From: Felis catus
Taxonomy: Eukaryota
Length of the DNA stretch: 64,000 nt
Reading direction: 5' to 3'
Assembly (NCBI RefSeq): GCF_018350175.1
Contig: NC_058368.1
Coordinates: forward strand, 160,210,001 to 160,274,000
Shown: one piece after another, positions 1 through 12,590 of the stretch
Layout: the number at the start of each line of letters is the position of its first letter
How positions within the stretch are numbered: position 1 is the stretch's first letter
Position numbers and translations under genes: made by a program
The notes under the pieces: generated by a model
The model's input: only the letters and a program-made list of their open reading frames with translations
Told to the model about the DNA's origin: nothing
Database searches by the model: none

Positions 1-512
1 TTGAGTTTTATAAATCATTCATTTTGGGACTGTGATAAGCAGCATTGATAGCACTCAATTTTCCCAAGGTAAGTTGGAGCATTTTCTTTTCTTTTGTCAC
101 ATTTTTGGTTATGGGATAAAAACGTGTTGTTAAATTAATCTACTTTCATGTATAAAACTTCCTTTCTTAGATCAAAGAAGATGTTCATTGTCAATTATAC
201 ATACTTGAGTGACTGGTTTAGGCATTGGAAGAACTGATTCCTAGCTCCAACTTTTACATTTTCTTAATCTCTGTGCCTTGATTTTTTTCTTCTGAAAACT
301 CAGAGTAATCCTTATCCTGTTTATTTAATGGGCACATTGAAACCTTCATTAGGTAATTTATGAAAAATTACTTTGTAAGTTGGAATCCCTATGTAAATGT
401 AAAATGATAGTGGTTTTGTTACTATTCTATGGCTTAAAAGCATTACCAAATGTTTATCAACTTTATACTGTCTCCAAAGTTAAGGGTTTTGAATTGTAGC
501 ATTCACTTTTTA

Positions 513-749
513 TTTATTTATTTTTAAAATTTTTTTTTCAACTTTTATTTATTTTTGGGACAGAGAGAGAGAAAGAGAGAGAGCATGAACGGGGGAGGGG
601 CAGAGAGAGAGGGAGACACAGAATCGGAAGCAGGCTCCAGGCTCTGAGCCATCAGCCCAGAGCCTGACGCCGGGCTCGAACTCACGGACCGCGAGATCGT
701 GACCTGGCTGAAGTCGGACGCTTAACCGACTGCGCCACCCAGGCGCCCC
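513..749 (-). mobile_element. Young feline Can-SINE (SINEC_Fc-like)
   Basis: Reverse complement reads GGGGCGCCTGGGTGGCGCAGTCGGTTAAGCGTCCGACT..., then (CT)n and an A-rich tail. Perfect 16-bp TSD tagcattcacttttta at 497-512 and 750-765. CpGs largely intact. Confidence 0.97.
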
Positions 750-1125
750 TAGCATTCACTTTTTAAAATTATTTTTTAGTTAATGAAGAATTTCCTGGAG
801 TATAAAGTAAGCCATTCATGGAGTTAAACTACAGTACTGGTAGCTAACCAAAATCCTAAAACTTACTCGGACTGTATTTTATTTTTCATCTTCATTTTTT
901 TGTTACTAGTATAATTAATGTTAATATATATAAATTGTTTCTGTTTTTGTGGTTATAAACAAGGCAGTGATGCATATTTGAGTGCATATGCTTTCACATA
1001 TTTGTATAATTTAATCCTGAGTTTTCTGGTTGACATGGCATGCAATTTATAAGAGATTTTGCCAAGATCCTAGCTGTGTTCAAATGGAAGACCCTTTCGT
1101 TAGCCTTTCCCCAATTCTTCATTTT

Positions 1126-1174
1126 TTAAAAAGTTTATTTATTTATTTTGAGGGAAAGGGAAAGAGGGAGGAGG

Positions 1175-1224
<50 letters not shown>

Positions 1225-1360
1225 GAGAATCACAAGCAGGCTCAGCACTCCCAGCTCAGAGCCTCATGCGGGGCTCAAACCTGCAAATTGTGAGATCATG
1301 ACCTGAGCTGAAACCAAGGGCCAGACACTTAACTGACTGAGCCACCCAGGCAACCCCCCC
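1126..1360 (-). mobile_element. Can-SINE with expanded (GA)n tract
   Basis: tRNA-like head on - strand, (GA)n at ~1179-1220, TSD ccaattcttcatttt at 1111-1125 and 1364-1378. Confidence 0.93.
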
Positions 1361-1494
1361 CCACCAATTCTTCATTTTAAATCTATAATTTTAAATCCGC
1401 AAGATGAGCATCTGAACATCACATTCCATAGTGTATGTAAGTAGTGAATCGTAATCAATTTATATGTCAAAAAATAAAAAGAAAAAAATAAGAC

Positions 1495-2430
1495 TTTTTA
1501 TTATTGATTTCTAGTTTAATTTTATTGTGGTCAGAGAACATACTTTGTATAACCTGTGCTCTTGGTTTTATGGCCCAGAATATGGTCTATCTTAGAAAAT
1601 GTTCTCTGTGCCCTTAAAAAGAGTGTATATTCTACTGTTGTTAGGTAGAGTGTTTTATCAATGTCAATTAGACATTGGTTGGTTGCTACTGTTGTTCAAG
1701 TTTTCTATACCTGTATTAGCTTGCTAGGGCTTCTGTAACAAAATACCACAAACTGAATATCCAAAGGTCTCAGATCAAGGTATTGGCAGAGCCATCCTTC
1801 TCCTGAAGGCACTAGGAAAAAGATTTATTCCAAACCTCTCTTCTAGCTTCTGGTAGTTCCTTGGCTTGTGGCGGCATAACTCCAAAATTCACATAGCATT
1901 ATCCCCATGTGCTTGTCTCTGTGTCCAAATTTCCCTGATTTTTTTTTAATAACTCAATCCAATCATATTGGATCAGGGACCTATCATACACTGGTATGAC
2001 CTCATCTTTAATTTAACTAACTACGTCTGCAATGTGCCATTTCAAAATAAGGTCACATTCTGAGATCTTGAGGATCAAGACTTCAACATGTAAATTTTGA
2101 GGGGGGAGGGACAATTTAACCCTTCACAATATCATTACTGATTTTTGGCCCACTTTCCTATATATTACTGAGACAGGTATTAAAATATCCAACTCTATGT
2201 ATTTGTCTATCTTTATATTTCCTTACAGTTCTATCAGATTTGCTTTATGTATCTTCAAGCTCTATTATTAGATACATAGCTATTAGAATTGTTATGTTCT
2301 TTTGGTGAATTAACTACTTTATCATTATGAAATAAACTTACTTATCCTTGGTAAATATATAATATATTTTGTTTTGAAATTAATTTCGTCAAATATTAAT
2401 ATAGACTCTATGCTTTCTTTTGATTTGTGT
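1495..2430 (-). mobile_element. Old L1 (L1M-type) ORF2 endonuclease-region fragment, split by an MLT1 LTR
   Basis: Antisense L1 motifs (tggtcagagaacatactttgtat, ggcccagaatatggtctatctt, tctactgttgttagg) on both sides of the LTR. Confidence 0.75.
1712..2128 (-). mobile_element. MaLR solo LTR (MLT1B/C-like)
   Basis: TG...CA ends, motifs tgtaacaaaataccacaaactg, gacctcatc, aaataaggtcacattctgag. Degenerate 5-bp TSD atacc/atatc. Confidence 0.85.
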
Positions 2431-4174
2431 TTATCCAGATCTATATTTATCTACATATCTTCTTATTAGTCATCTTTTATCCCCCCTCATTTCTGTGTTT
2501 CATTTCATAAGCTATGGATTCTTGGAAATGTTTTGACACACAGGCCCTGTAAAGATTTCATACAAAATGTTTCATAGCTTAAACAATCCTCACTGTGTGA
2601 AGAGATCAGCAATTCTTCCTTAGAGGCCTCACCTATTATTTTCAGCCAGACAACATACAGATGAGGCATAAAAAAGAACTTGGGGAACCATGTGAGATGT
2701 CTGAGATATCTCCCTACTTTGTGCTTCTTAATTTTGTGTGTCCTTGAAATTACTAGTTAAATTTGGTCGTAATTAAGATCTCTGATTTGTAGGAATCTAA
2801 TCCATCTGACAATCGATCCTTTCTGTTGGCTCATACACCTAAACATTTAGATGCTCATCTGTGAAAAAAAGAATTTTAAGTTTTTAAAAACATTTTGATT
2901 TTAAGGCTTAGGGAATGGCAAGGAAACAAACTTACCAATCAAAGATTGATTACTCTCTTCAGATTTAAAACAGATAAATAGTAACTCTGAAACTGGAAAT
3001 AGTTATTCCATTCAAAGTTCTAATCCCTAACAAATCTGTTACTATTTTCCCTCTTCTATATTCTGATACGTGTTCCACAGGTAGGAGGAGGTTTGCTTGA
3101 CCTTGCTGAGAAGAGGGGTGATTTGTCTAAATGACGGTCCCCTAATGTTATCTAAGTTCCCTGTTTTCTTGCCTGGTCAGTGTACATTTGCCGTACATGC
3201 TGCTGTGTTTTGAGTTGGTGAGACTCATCTTCTGGTCTCTCTGCAGTGCCAAGGAATAGGAGAATGTCTGCCTCCATCTGCTGACCAGGCACCATCTTGG
3301 AATCTGATATTCCTGAAGGTTCTTTGAGACTCAGCCGTATCATCCCTCAAGCCCCAAACAAGACCTTGTGTCACCTCATCCCTCACCTCAATGGCCCTAT
3401 GTCAGACTCACTTGCTTCAGACTATGTGAATACTTGGATATTTTTCATAACCCACAGACCAAAGGAGTCTCTGGAGAGGGTTGTTTCCTCCTACCATCTT
3501 TTGTCCAAATGTTCTTCACACAATTTCTAATTTGCTGCAGCTCTTCTATATGTGGTAGATGATTTTCCTCTAGAGTCTCTAGTGGTAAGTGTGCTTTATG
3601 TCACTGACTCTTGCTAATAAACTGAGGGAATAATAAGGAGCTTCGCGTTCTACCTTTTTGCTCTACTCTTGGTACTTGCTATCCCTTTTGGCTTATCTCT
3701 CACAATCTTCTTCTTTCTTCTTTTGAATGGGAGTTTCCCTACAGCAAATACTTTTACCTTCCTTGAACCCATCCTCTGCTTCCTTATGCAGTAAATCTCA
3801 AACTAATACTTAATGGTTGAACAGTGTAGGAGGACATGATTTATGGGATCATAACCATATAATGGTTGGATATTTCCAAAATTACTGTCTCCAATTTGTA
3901 AAACAAACCAACCCCAAATGAAGGAAACAGATCAGAGAGTGTTGAGATTTTTAATAATATTTCCAAGGGTGTTGGAACTAGATGAAGCTATAGGGATGAA
4001 TTAGCATTTATTGGAAAAATAATTGCCTGCAAGGGGTGCTGGAGGATGGTGCAAAGAATAGGGTAATTAAGTGAGGTATAAGTGTCCTGCTGACTCCTTC
4101 AATGAACAACACACTTACAGTTTATTTCACATAGTGCTTTTCATTAACCTTATAAGTTAGATCTTGTAAACATA

Positions 4175-4371
4175 GGAGCGCCTGGGTGGCTCAGTTGGTT
4201 GAGCTTCTAACTTTGGCTCAGTTCATGATCTTATGGTTTGTGAATTCAAGCCCTGCACTGGGCTCTGTGCCTACATCATGGAGCCTGCTTGAGATTGTCT
4301 CTCCCTCTCTCTCTGCCCCTGCCTTGCTCATGCTCACTCTCTCACAAATAAACATGGAAAAAAACAAAAAG
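4175..4371 (+). mobile_element. Can-SINE
   Basis: ggagcgcctgggtggctcagttggttgagc head, CT-rich body, A-rich tail, short TSD aaacata. Confidence 0.92.
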
Positions 4372-5260
4372 AAACATAAATACTCCTTTATATATGAAGA
4401 ACAAGAGAAGAAAGTTATAGCTAAGTGTGACAACAGCAGAATGTGAACCCACAAATGCCCATTTTGTGAATCCCAAACCTGTGTTTATCTATCATCTCCT
4501 TCTCTAGGTGCTATAAAAGACCTGAGGCTCATGTCTGCAGAACAACAGGCAGTCTATAATCTACCCCACTAGCACCAGTGAAAAGGAGTAAGTAGGCCAT
4601 TGTGCCCTATGTGATTTTTTTCCCATGTAAGTAAAGCCTGTTCCCACCTATTTTTCTGATTAAAATCTTACGGATAGACACATCGGTAGGGAGACTATTC
4701 CTGAGTGCTGCATAGCTCTAGGGGGAAAAAAAGCCAATAAGAGAGATAAAGTTTAGGATTTGAAAAGGAGATAACTATAAATGTACATTGGCGTTTAGGG
4801 AGAAGCAAAGTGAAACATTTTTAGCAAAGGGTGTAGTAGATGCTTGAAAATATGTTGCTACAAAAAACCTAAATTGGACTCAACACTTCTTGAGACTTTG
4901 ATCTAAATCAAAAGGTTTTTGGACAGCTTATAGATTTTTTTCTTCCCTGAAACTGTTGGAAGCCATAAGATTTGAAAAGGAATTTCACACAGATATGATT
5001 ATCACAGCAGCGATAAACTGTTATCTCTACAGAACAGAAGTAGGCAAGTCAATGTTTTGTGGGACCAGGTTCCCCAGCCATGGAGATACCAGAGGCTGGT
5101 GTGGGAAACCCAAACTGAAAACATGGGATATTACACATGTTAAAAGAATCCTGATGAAGTTTAACCAGCATAAACTTTGCCAAATCATTTAAATGTAAAT
5201 AAGATGCTTTTATATTGAATGGCTTGGAAAAGGCAACTTTTGCTCTTTCTCCACAAATTT

Positions 5261-5465
5261 TATTCAGTTTTTATTTTTAAAGTTTTATTTATTTATTTGG
5301 GGGGAGGACAGAGGGGCAGAGAGAGAAGAGAAAGAATCCTAAGCAGGCTCTGTGTGGTCTGTGAAGATCTTGATTTCGTGGGGCTCAGTCTCACAAACCA
5401 TGAGATCATGGCCTGAGCCAAAATCAAGAGTTAAACAGTTAGCTGACTGAGCCACCCAGGCACCC
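5261..5465 (-). mobile_element. Can-SINE (older)
   Basis: Ends gactgagccacccaggcacccc; TSD ctccac(a/c)aattt at 5249-5260 and 5466-5477. Confidence 0.9.
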
Positions 5466-6424
5466 CTCCACCAATTTGAATTTAACAAGAAAATATCTTA
5501 TGCCAGCTAAAATTTTATCATCTAAAGCAATCGTTTCCACATTTTCCAAATTTTACTCCTTATTAATGAAACATTTTAAAACACACTTCTCCAAATTGTA
5601 TTGCTTTTATTTAAAAATTTTAGTGTTAATATATATTATAAAAGTCCCTAAAAATGGAAATTTAAAGCACAAATAAAATTAAATAAATAATATTTTAAAA
5701 TTTAAAAAACCTTTGCTTTTACTTAAAATACTGGTATTATTAATAAAAATATAATTGAATGTGTTTCATTCTTTTTGAAAAAGGTGGCTTAAAATTTTGT
5801 GATCCAGTTATCTAAAAGTCTTATTCTAAGGTCATACAATGTGGAGAAGATCCAATGCCATAGCTAGATTTCTGTGGATTCTTGAGTGAGTTATGAGTTT
5901 TAATAATCACTCTGGCTTTAAACTCTTATTCTTGTTGGATTGTCATTTATAGTGTCTGATGTCTACACTCTGTGCTCAATGCAGAGAACCAATAACTCTC
6001 CTTTCTGCAAACTGCATTGTACATATACAATGCACTGGGATATTTGACATCTCTGCTCTTAAATGTTATTGGTCCTCCCGACATCAAGACTTTCTCATTG
6101 ACCAACTTTGTCTGCAGGTTCTGGCCTCTTCCTAGTGGACTACTTTTCCTCCTCTCCTCCCCTCAAATGCTTCTCTGATTGCTACATATGGTAATTTACT
6201 ACTTGTCACTCAGCTCCTTCCATATCTGACTATATTTTAGGGTGATTTGTTGCAATAAACCATTGGCCCCAGTAAAGAACTTACAGAGACTTTAAATGTC
6301 TTTCTTTCTTTTCTTCCTCCATCATTCCTCTGTAGATGGAAGGGAAGAATACTGAGATTCAGCTTTGCACTCTGAATGATCCCACTGGCTTCAAAAAGAG
6401 TAATGGCTAAACATAGTTCTGTTG

Positions 6425-6925
6425 TTTTTTTTTAATTGAGGTGAAATTCACATAACATAAAATTATCCCTTTAAAAGTGTATGATTCAGTGGGACTTAGT
6501 ACATTCATAATGTTGTACAACTACCATCTCTGTCTAGCTCAAAAACATTTTCATTACCCCACATGAAACCTCATTCCCATTCAGTATTCTCTATTTCCTC
6601 TTCTCCCAACCCCTGTCAGCACCTGCTTTCTGTCTCTGTGGATTTGTGTATCCTGGGTATTTTATATGAATGAAATCATGTAATATATGACTTTTTGCGT
6701 CTGGTTTGTTTCACTCAGTACAATGTTTGTGAGATTCATCCTTGTTGTAGCATGTATTAGTACTTTATTTTTTTAATGGTTGAATAATATTCCCCTTCTT
6801 ATACATACCATAATTTGTTTATCCATTCATCTGTAAATGGATATTTGGGTTGCTTCTACCTTTTGGCTATTGTGACTAGTGCTTTATGAACATTTGTGTG
6901 CAAGCATTTAGTATAATTTTGGTTT
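6425..6925 (-). mobile_element. Old L1 3' end (L1MB-like)
   Basis: poly-T then aattgaggtgaaattcacataacataaaatt...tttatccattcatctg...ttggctattgtga. Confidence 0.85.
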
Positions 6926-8490
6926 TAAATACTTTTTTCCATTCCTTAATACTAGTTTCTCTTTTGCACATTTAATCAATTACTATAGTGATCTGACAGC
7001 TGTTGGAATACTTGAATTTTATATTGGTCACTATTTTGGCTTCCCATTCAATTTCTTGATCTCTGTTTTAGCTTCTGAGGAGCTTGTGTTTTAACTGTTT
7101 TCCTGGGGAGTGAGTAGAGGTCAATTATTTGGTCTGGCATCAGCTTGCACCTCACTGTGTAGGTGGGAATGAATATTGGGTCACCAGCTGAAGACATGCA
7201 GTATGAAGTTGACCCAAAAGTGATAATTTGAAGGAAAGACCCAGGAGTATTGAGCCTTGCAAATTGAAGACAAGAGGGCCATTAAATTAAAACCAGGTTC
7301 TGGGATTCAGTGGATATGATTTAATACAAAGACATGTTTCTGCCTCATTCCCATGTTCTTTTAGTGCATGTCTCCTCTGCTTGTGGTTTGCCTTGTCTTC
7401 TTTAGGTGAACTGTATTCATCAGTTACAGGCTAAGTGTTACATCTTCTTATCCCATAAATCAGAATTAAAAGACTGCTATCATCACTTTTGTTAGTGATC
7501 AGTTGTATTGATAAAAAAGTTTACTTAAACTGTGTCAGTTTCTGTGTAAGGCTTCTTCTGCCCTACATTGGAAGCACAAAGAGATTAAAAAGTAAGAAGC
7601 AATTGTAAGAAGGAGAGGACATTATTAACACTCAGTTACAACTTCTGAGCCATGAGTTAACTGCCTATCTACAAATCTATGTGTATGTGTTTTTTTCCAG
7701 CTAGTCAATTCCTCCTAAATCTTCCAGCAATTGTATAATCAATGCGGCTGCTTAAACACTTAAGGCAGATAGAGTCAATAAAATTTTCTAAAGAAATTAG
7801 AATTAACTCTGTGTTGTCTTTCATTCTTGGGGAAAAAGATCATATTTGTTGTCCATTTGACAGATTTTATTTGCAGATTTGTTTGAAGGAGTCAAAATTA
7901 AAGCAAATAAACATTATTAAAGGGAGAATACTGTTTGTAGATGAAGAATCTTAAGTAGACTTTTTTGTTAATTGCCAATGGCTTTTGTTTTCTTCAGCTT
8001 TTTTGAAGTACAATTGACATAAAATTGTATAAATGTACTATCTATGATAGTTTGATAAACATATATATTGTGAAATGATTACCATAATCAAGTTAATTCA
8101 TATATCCATCACCTCACATTGTTACCTTTTTTTTGGAGAAAGAGTCAGAATACCTAAGATCTATTCTCTTAGCAAATTTCACATATTAAATGCAGTGTTA
8201 TTAACTATAGTCACTATACTTTTCATTAGATCCCCAGAATTTATTCATTTTATAACTGGAAATTTATACCCTTGACCAACATCTTCCCAACATCTACACT
8301 CCATTCCCTGGTAACCACTATTCTACTCTTGAGTTCTGAATTCAACTTTTTAGATTCCACATATAAGTGAGATCATACATATTTGTCTTTCTATGTCTGG
8401 ATTGTTTACTTAGGATAATGTCTAATCCATGTTGTTGCAAATAGCAAAATTTTCTTCTTTCTCATGCTAAATGATATTCCATTATATGTG

Positions 8491-8493
<3 letters not shown>

Positions 8494-8533
<40 letters not shown>

Positions 8534-8626
8534 GTGTGTGCATATATGTATATGTATATATATGTATATGTATATATATATATGTGTGTGTGTGTGTGTG
8601 GGGGGGTGGGTGGGTGTGTACACACA
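8494..8626. repeat. Compound (TA)n/(TATATG)n/(TG)n microsatellite
   Basis: Directly visible. Confidence 0.95.
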
Positions 8627-8916
8627 AATACCACATCTTTATCCATTCATTTGTTTGGTGAAACAAGTGAAGGTTGTTTCCATGTCTCAGCTATTTTGAG
8701 TAATGCTGCAATGAATTTAGGAGTGCAGATAATTCTTCAAAATACCCAGAGTTGGGATTACTGGATCATATGGTAGTTCTATTCTTACATGTTTGCATAA
8801 CCTCCATATTGTTTTCCAAAATGGCTATATTATTTACATTCCTAAAAACAGTATACAAGGTTCCTTCTCTTCACCAATACTTGTCATCTCTTGTCTTTTT
8901 CATAAAAGCCATCCTA

Positions 8917-10379
8917 TGGCACAAAAACAGACACTCAGATCAATGGAACAGAATAGAGAACCCAGAAATAGACCCACAAACGTATGGCCAACTAATCTTT
9001 GACAAAGCAGGAAAGAATGTCCAATGGAATAAAGACGGTCTCTTCAGCAAGTGGTGCTGGGAAAACTGGACAGCAATATGCAGAAGAATGAACCTGGACC
9101 ACTTTCTTACACCATACACAAAAATAAACTCAAAATGGATGAAAGACCTAAATGTAAGACAGGAAGTCATCAAAATCCTCTAGGAGAAAGTAAGCAAAAA
9201 CCTCTTTGACCTTGGCTGCAGCAACTTCTTATTCAACACGTCTCTGGAGGCAAGGGAAACAAAAGCAAAAATGAACTATTGGGACCTTATCAAAATAAAA
9301 AGCTTCTGCACAGCAAAGAAAACAATCAGGAAAATTAAAAGGCAACTGATGAAATGGGAGAAGATATTTGCAAACGAGGTATCCGATAAAGGGTTAGTAT
9401 CCAAAATCTGTAAGTAACTCATCAAACTCATTACCCCAAAACCAAAAAATAATCCAGTGAACAAATGGGTAAAAGACATGAATATACACTTCTCCAGAGA
9501 AGACATCCAGATGGCCAACTGACACGTGAAAAAATGCTCAATGTCACTCATCAGCAGAGAAATACAAATCAAAATTACAATGAGATATGACCTCACACCT
9601 GTCAGAATGGCTAACATTAACAACTTAGGCAACAACAGATGTTGGCAAGGATGTGGAGAAAGAGGACCTCTTTTGCAGTGCTGGTGGGAAGGCAAACTGG
9701 TGTAGCCACTCTGGAAAACAGTATGGAGGATCCTCAAAAAATTAAAAATAGAACTACCCTATGACCCAGCAATTGCACTACTAGGTATTTATCCAAGGGA
9801 TACAGGTATGCTGTTTCGAAGGGGCACATGCAACCCAATGCTTATAGCTGCACTATCAACAATAGCCAAAGTATGGAAAGAGCCCAAATGTCCATCGATG
9901 GATGAATGGATAAAGAAGAGGTGGTATATATATACACACACACACACACACAATGGAGTATTACTCAGGAATCAAAAAGAATGAAATCTTGCCATTTGCA
10001 CCTATGTGGATGGAACTAGAGGGTATTATACTAAGTGAAATTAGTCAGAGAAAGACAAGTATCTTATGACTTCACTCATATGAGGACTTTAAGACACAGA
10101 ACAGATGAATATAAAGGAAGGGAAGCAAAAATAATATAAAAACAGGGAGGGGGACAAAACATAAGAGACCTAAATATGGAGAGCAAACAGAGGGTTACTG
10201 GAGGAAGTGTGGGAGGGGAGATGGGCTACATGGGTAAGGAGCATTAAGGAATCTACTCCTGAAATTATTGTTGCACTATATGCTAACTAATTTTGATGTA
10301 AATTCAAACAATAACATTAAAAAAAAAGAAAAAAGAAGAAAAAAGAACGATGGCTATATAGATGATAAATATACAAAAA
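8917..10379 (+). mobile_element. 5'-truncated carnivore L1 nested in an older antisense L1
   Basis: ORF2 C-terminal peptide [17 protein letters not shown]..., 3'UTR and A-rich tail. TSD aaaagc(c/t)at(c/t)cta at 8904-8916 and 10380-10392. Confidence 0.93.
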
Positions 10380-11194
10380 AAAAGCTATTCTAACAAATGT
10401 TAGGTGATATCTCATTGTGGTTTTGATTTGCATTTCTCTGATGATTAGTAATGTTGAGCATTTTAATTGACTACATATGTGTGAGTTTCTTTCTGGGCTC
10501 TCTATTCTATTCCATTGGTCTATGCATCTGTTTTTATGCCAGTACCATACTCTTTTTATTGCTATAGCTTTGCAATATAGTTTGAAATCATATAGTGTTA
10601 TGCCTGTTCTCTTTCAATATTATTTTGGCTATTAGGGGTCTTTTGTGATTCCTGCAAACTTTAGAATTGCTTTTTCTATTTCTATGAGAATTGTCATTGG
10701 AATTTTGATAGGGATTGCATTGAATCTGTACATTGCTTTGATTAGTATGGACATTTTTACAATATTAAATTTTCCAATTCAAGAACATAGGATATTTTTC
10801 CACATATTTATGTCTTCTCCATTTTTTCAACAACGTCTCATAGTTTTCAGTGTACAGGTCCTTCATTTGCTTGGTTAAATTTATTCCTAACTATTTTGTT
10901 CTTTTTGACGCTATTGTTAATGGAATTGTTTTCTTAATTTCTTCTTCAGGAAATTTGTTGTTAGTGTATAGAGATACAATTGATTTCTGTGTCTTGATTT
11001 TGTATCCTGTGACATTATTGAATTTGACTATTATTCTAATAGTTTCTCCATGGAGTATTTCAGGTTTTCTATATGTAAGATCATGTCATCTGAAAATAGA
11101 GACAGATTCATTTCTGATTTGGAGGGCTTTAATTTCTTTTTCTTGTCTGATTACTCTGGCTAGGATTTTCAGTATTATGTTGAATAGAAGTCAC

Positions 11195-12590
11195 CATTTT
11201 TTAAACAGCTGATTAAGCTATAATTTTCATATCATAAAATTCACATGTTTTTAAATGTGTAATTCCAGGAATTTGGGTCAGTGTACAGAGTTGTGCAATC
11301 ACTACAATCTAGTTTTAGGGCATTCTGTTATTCCCAGAAGTTCCCTTACATCCATTTTACAGCAACCTTTATTCCTATGCTCAGCTTTAGGCAAACACTA
11401 ATATACTTTCTGTCTCTATAGATTTACTGTTATGTAAATTGCATATAAATATAATCATACGACACTGAAGTATTTTGCATCTTGCTTCTTGTACTAAGCT
11501 TAATGATTTTGAGATTTATCTCTGTTGCGGCATGTGGCGGTATTTTTGTTCCTTTTTATTGCTAAATAACATTCCGTTGTGTGAATATACTACATTTTTT
11601 TCTCCATTGATGGGTATTTAGGATGTTTTCACTTTTTGGCTATTATAAATAATGCTGCTTTGAAGATTTTCGTATAAGTCTTTGTGTTGACATATACTTT
11701 CATTTTTCTTGGGTAGGTTCCTAGGAGTGGAATTGCTGTGGTATATACAAATTTATGTTTGCTATTTTAAGAAACTACCTTTGGTTTTCCAAACTGTATC
11801 ATTTCACATTCCCACTAGTAATGTTTGAGATTTCCAGTCTCTCTACATCTTTAACAACACTAGTTATTATTTGTCTTTCTGTTATAACCATTCTTGTGGA
11901 TGTGATGTGGTATGACATTGTGGTTTTAATTTGTATTTTCCTAAAGACTAATGATGTTTCGTATCTTTCCATATGCTTATTAGTAATTCTTATATCTTGT
12001 TTGGTGAACTATTTATTCAAATATTTCACTCATTTTTTTAAAAAAATTTTTTTTAACGTTTATTTATTTTTGAGACAGAGAGAAACACAGCATGAACGGG
12101 GGAGGGGCAGAGAGAGAGGGAGACACAGAATCGGAAACAGGCTCCAGGGTCTGAGCCATCAGCCCAGAGCCTGACGCGGGGCTTGAACTCCCGGACCGCG
12201 AGATCATGACCTGGTTGAAGTCGGACGCTTAACCGACTGCACCACCCAGGCGCCCCTACTTCACTCATTTTTAATTGGGTTGTTTTTCTGGTTATTGAAT
12301 TACAAAATTCTTTATGTATTCAGGATGTAAATCTTTTATCAAATGTAATTTGAAAATTGTCTCCCAGCTTGTGACTTGCCTTTTCATTTTCTTAATGGTG
12401 TATTTTGAAGGACAAAGTTTTAATTTAAACTCTGACTTCTTGATTTTTTCCTTTTATGGACTGTACACTTTTTAATTGTATTTAAAAGATCTTTGCCTAA
12501 CCCAAGGTTATAAAGATTTTCTTCCATGTTTTCCTCTAAAAGTTTTATGATTTTAGCTTACATTTAGGCCTATGATCCATTTTAATTTGT
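11195..12590 (-). mobile_element. Old L1 3' end (L1MB-like), interrupted by a SINE
   Basis: Antisense L1 3' motifs (aaaattcacatgttttt, tactttctgtctctatagattt, ttgtggttttaatttgtattttc, ctttgcctaacccaagg). Confidence 0.82.
12038..12256 (-). mobile_element. Young feline Can-SINE
   Basis: Full-length; TSD ta(t/c)ttcactcattttt at 12022-12037 and 12257-12272. Confidence 0.96.

Larger units (their letters stand above)
7987..11190 (-). mobile_element. Old L1 (L1MA-like) 3' portion, interrupted by a younger L1 and internally deleted near 10465
   Basis: Antisense L1 3'UTR and ORF2 motifs; sequence resumes in register at 10393 (acaaatgttaggtgatatctcattgtggttttg) after the nested insertion. Confidence 0.85.

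Noticed and set aside
549..755. Recurrent small ORFs such as MLGAPGWRSRLSVRLQPG and MAQLVKRPTSAQVM
   Set aside because: Translations of Can-SINE sequence, not genes
3152..3562. Overlapping short ORFs as a possible processed pseudogene
   Set aside because: No recognisable parent protein, poly-A tail or TSD
8406..8776. YI/HT-repeat ORFs
   Set aside because: Translations of a dinucleotide microsatellite
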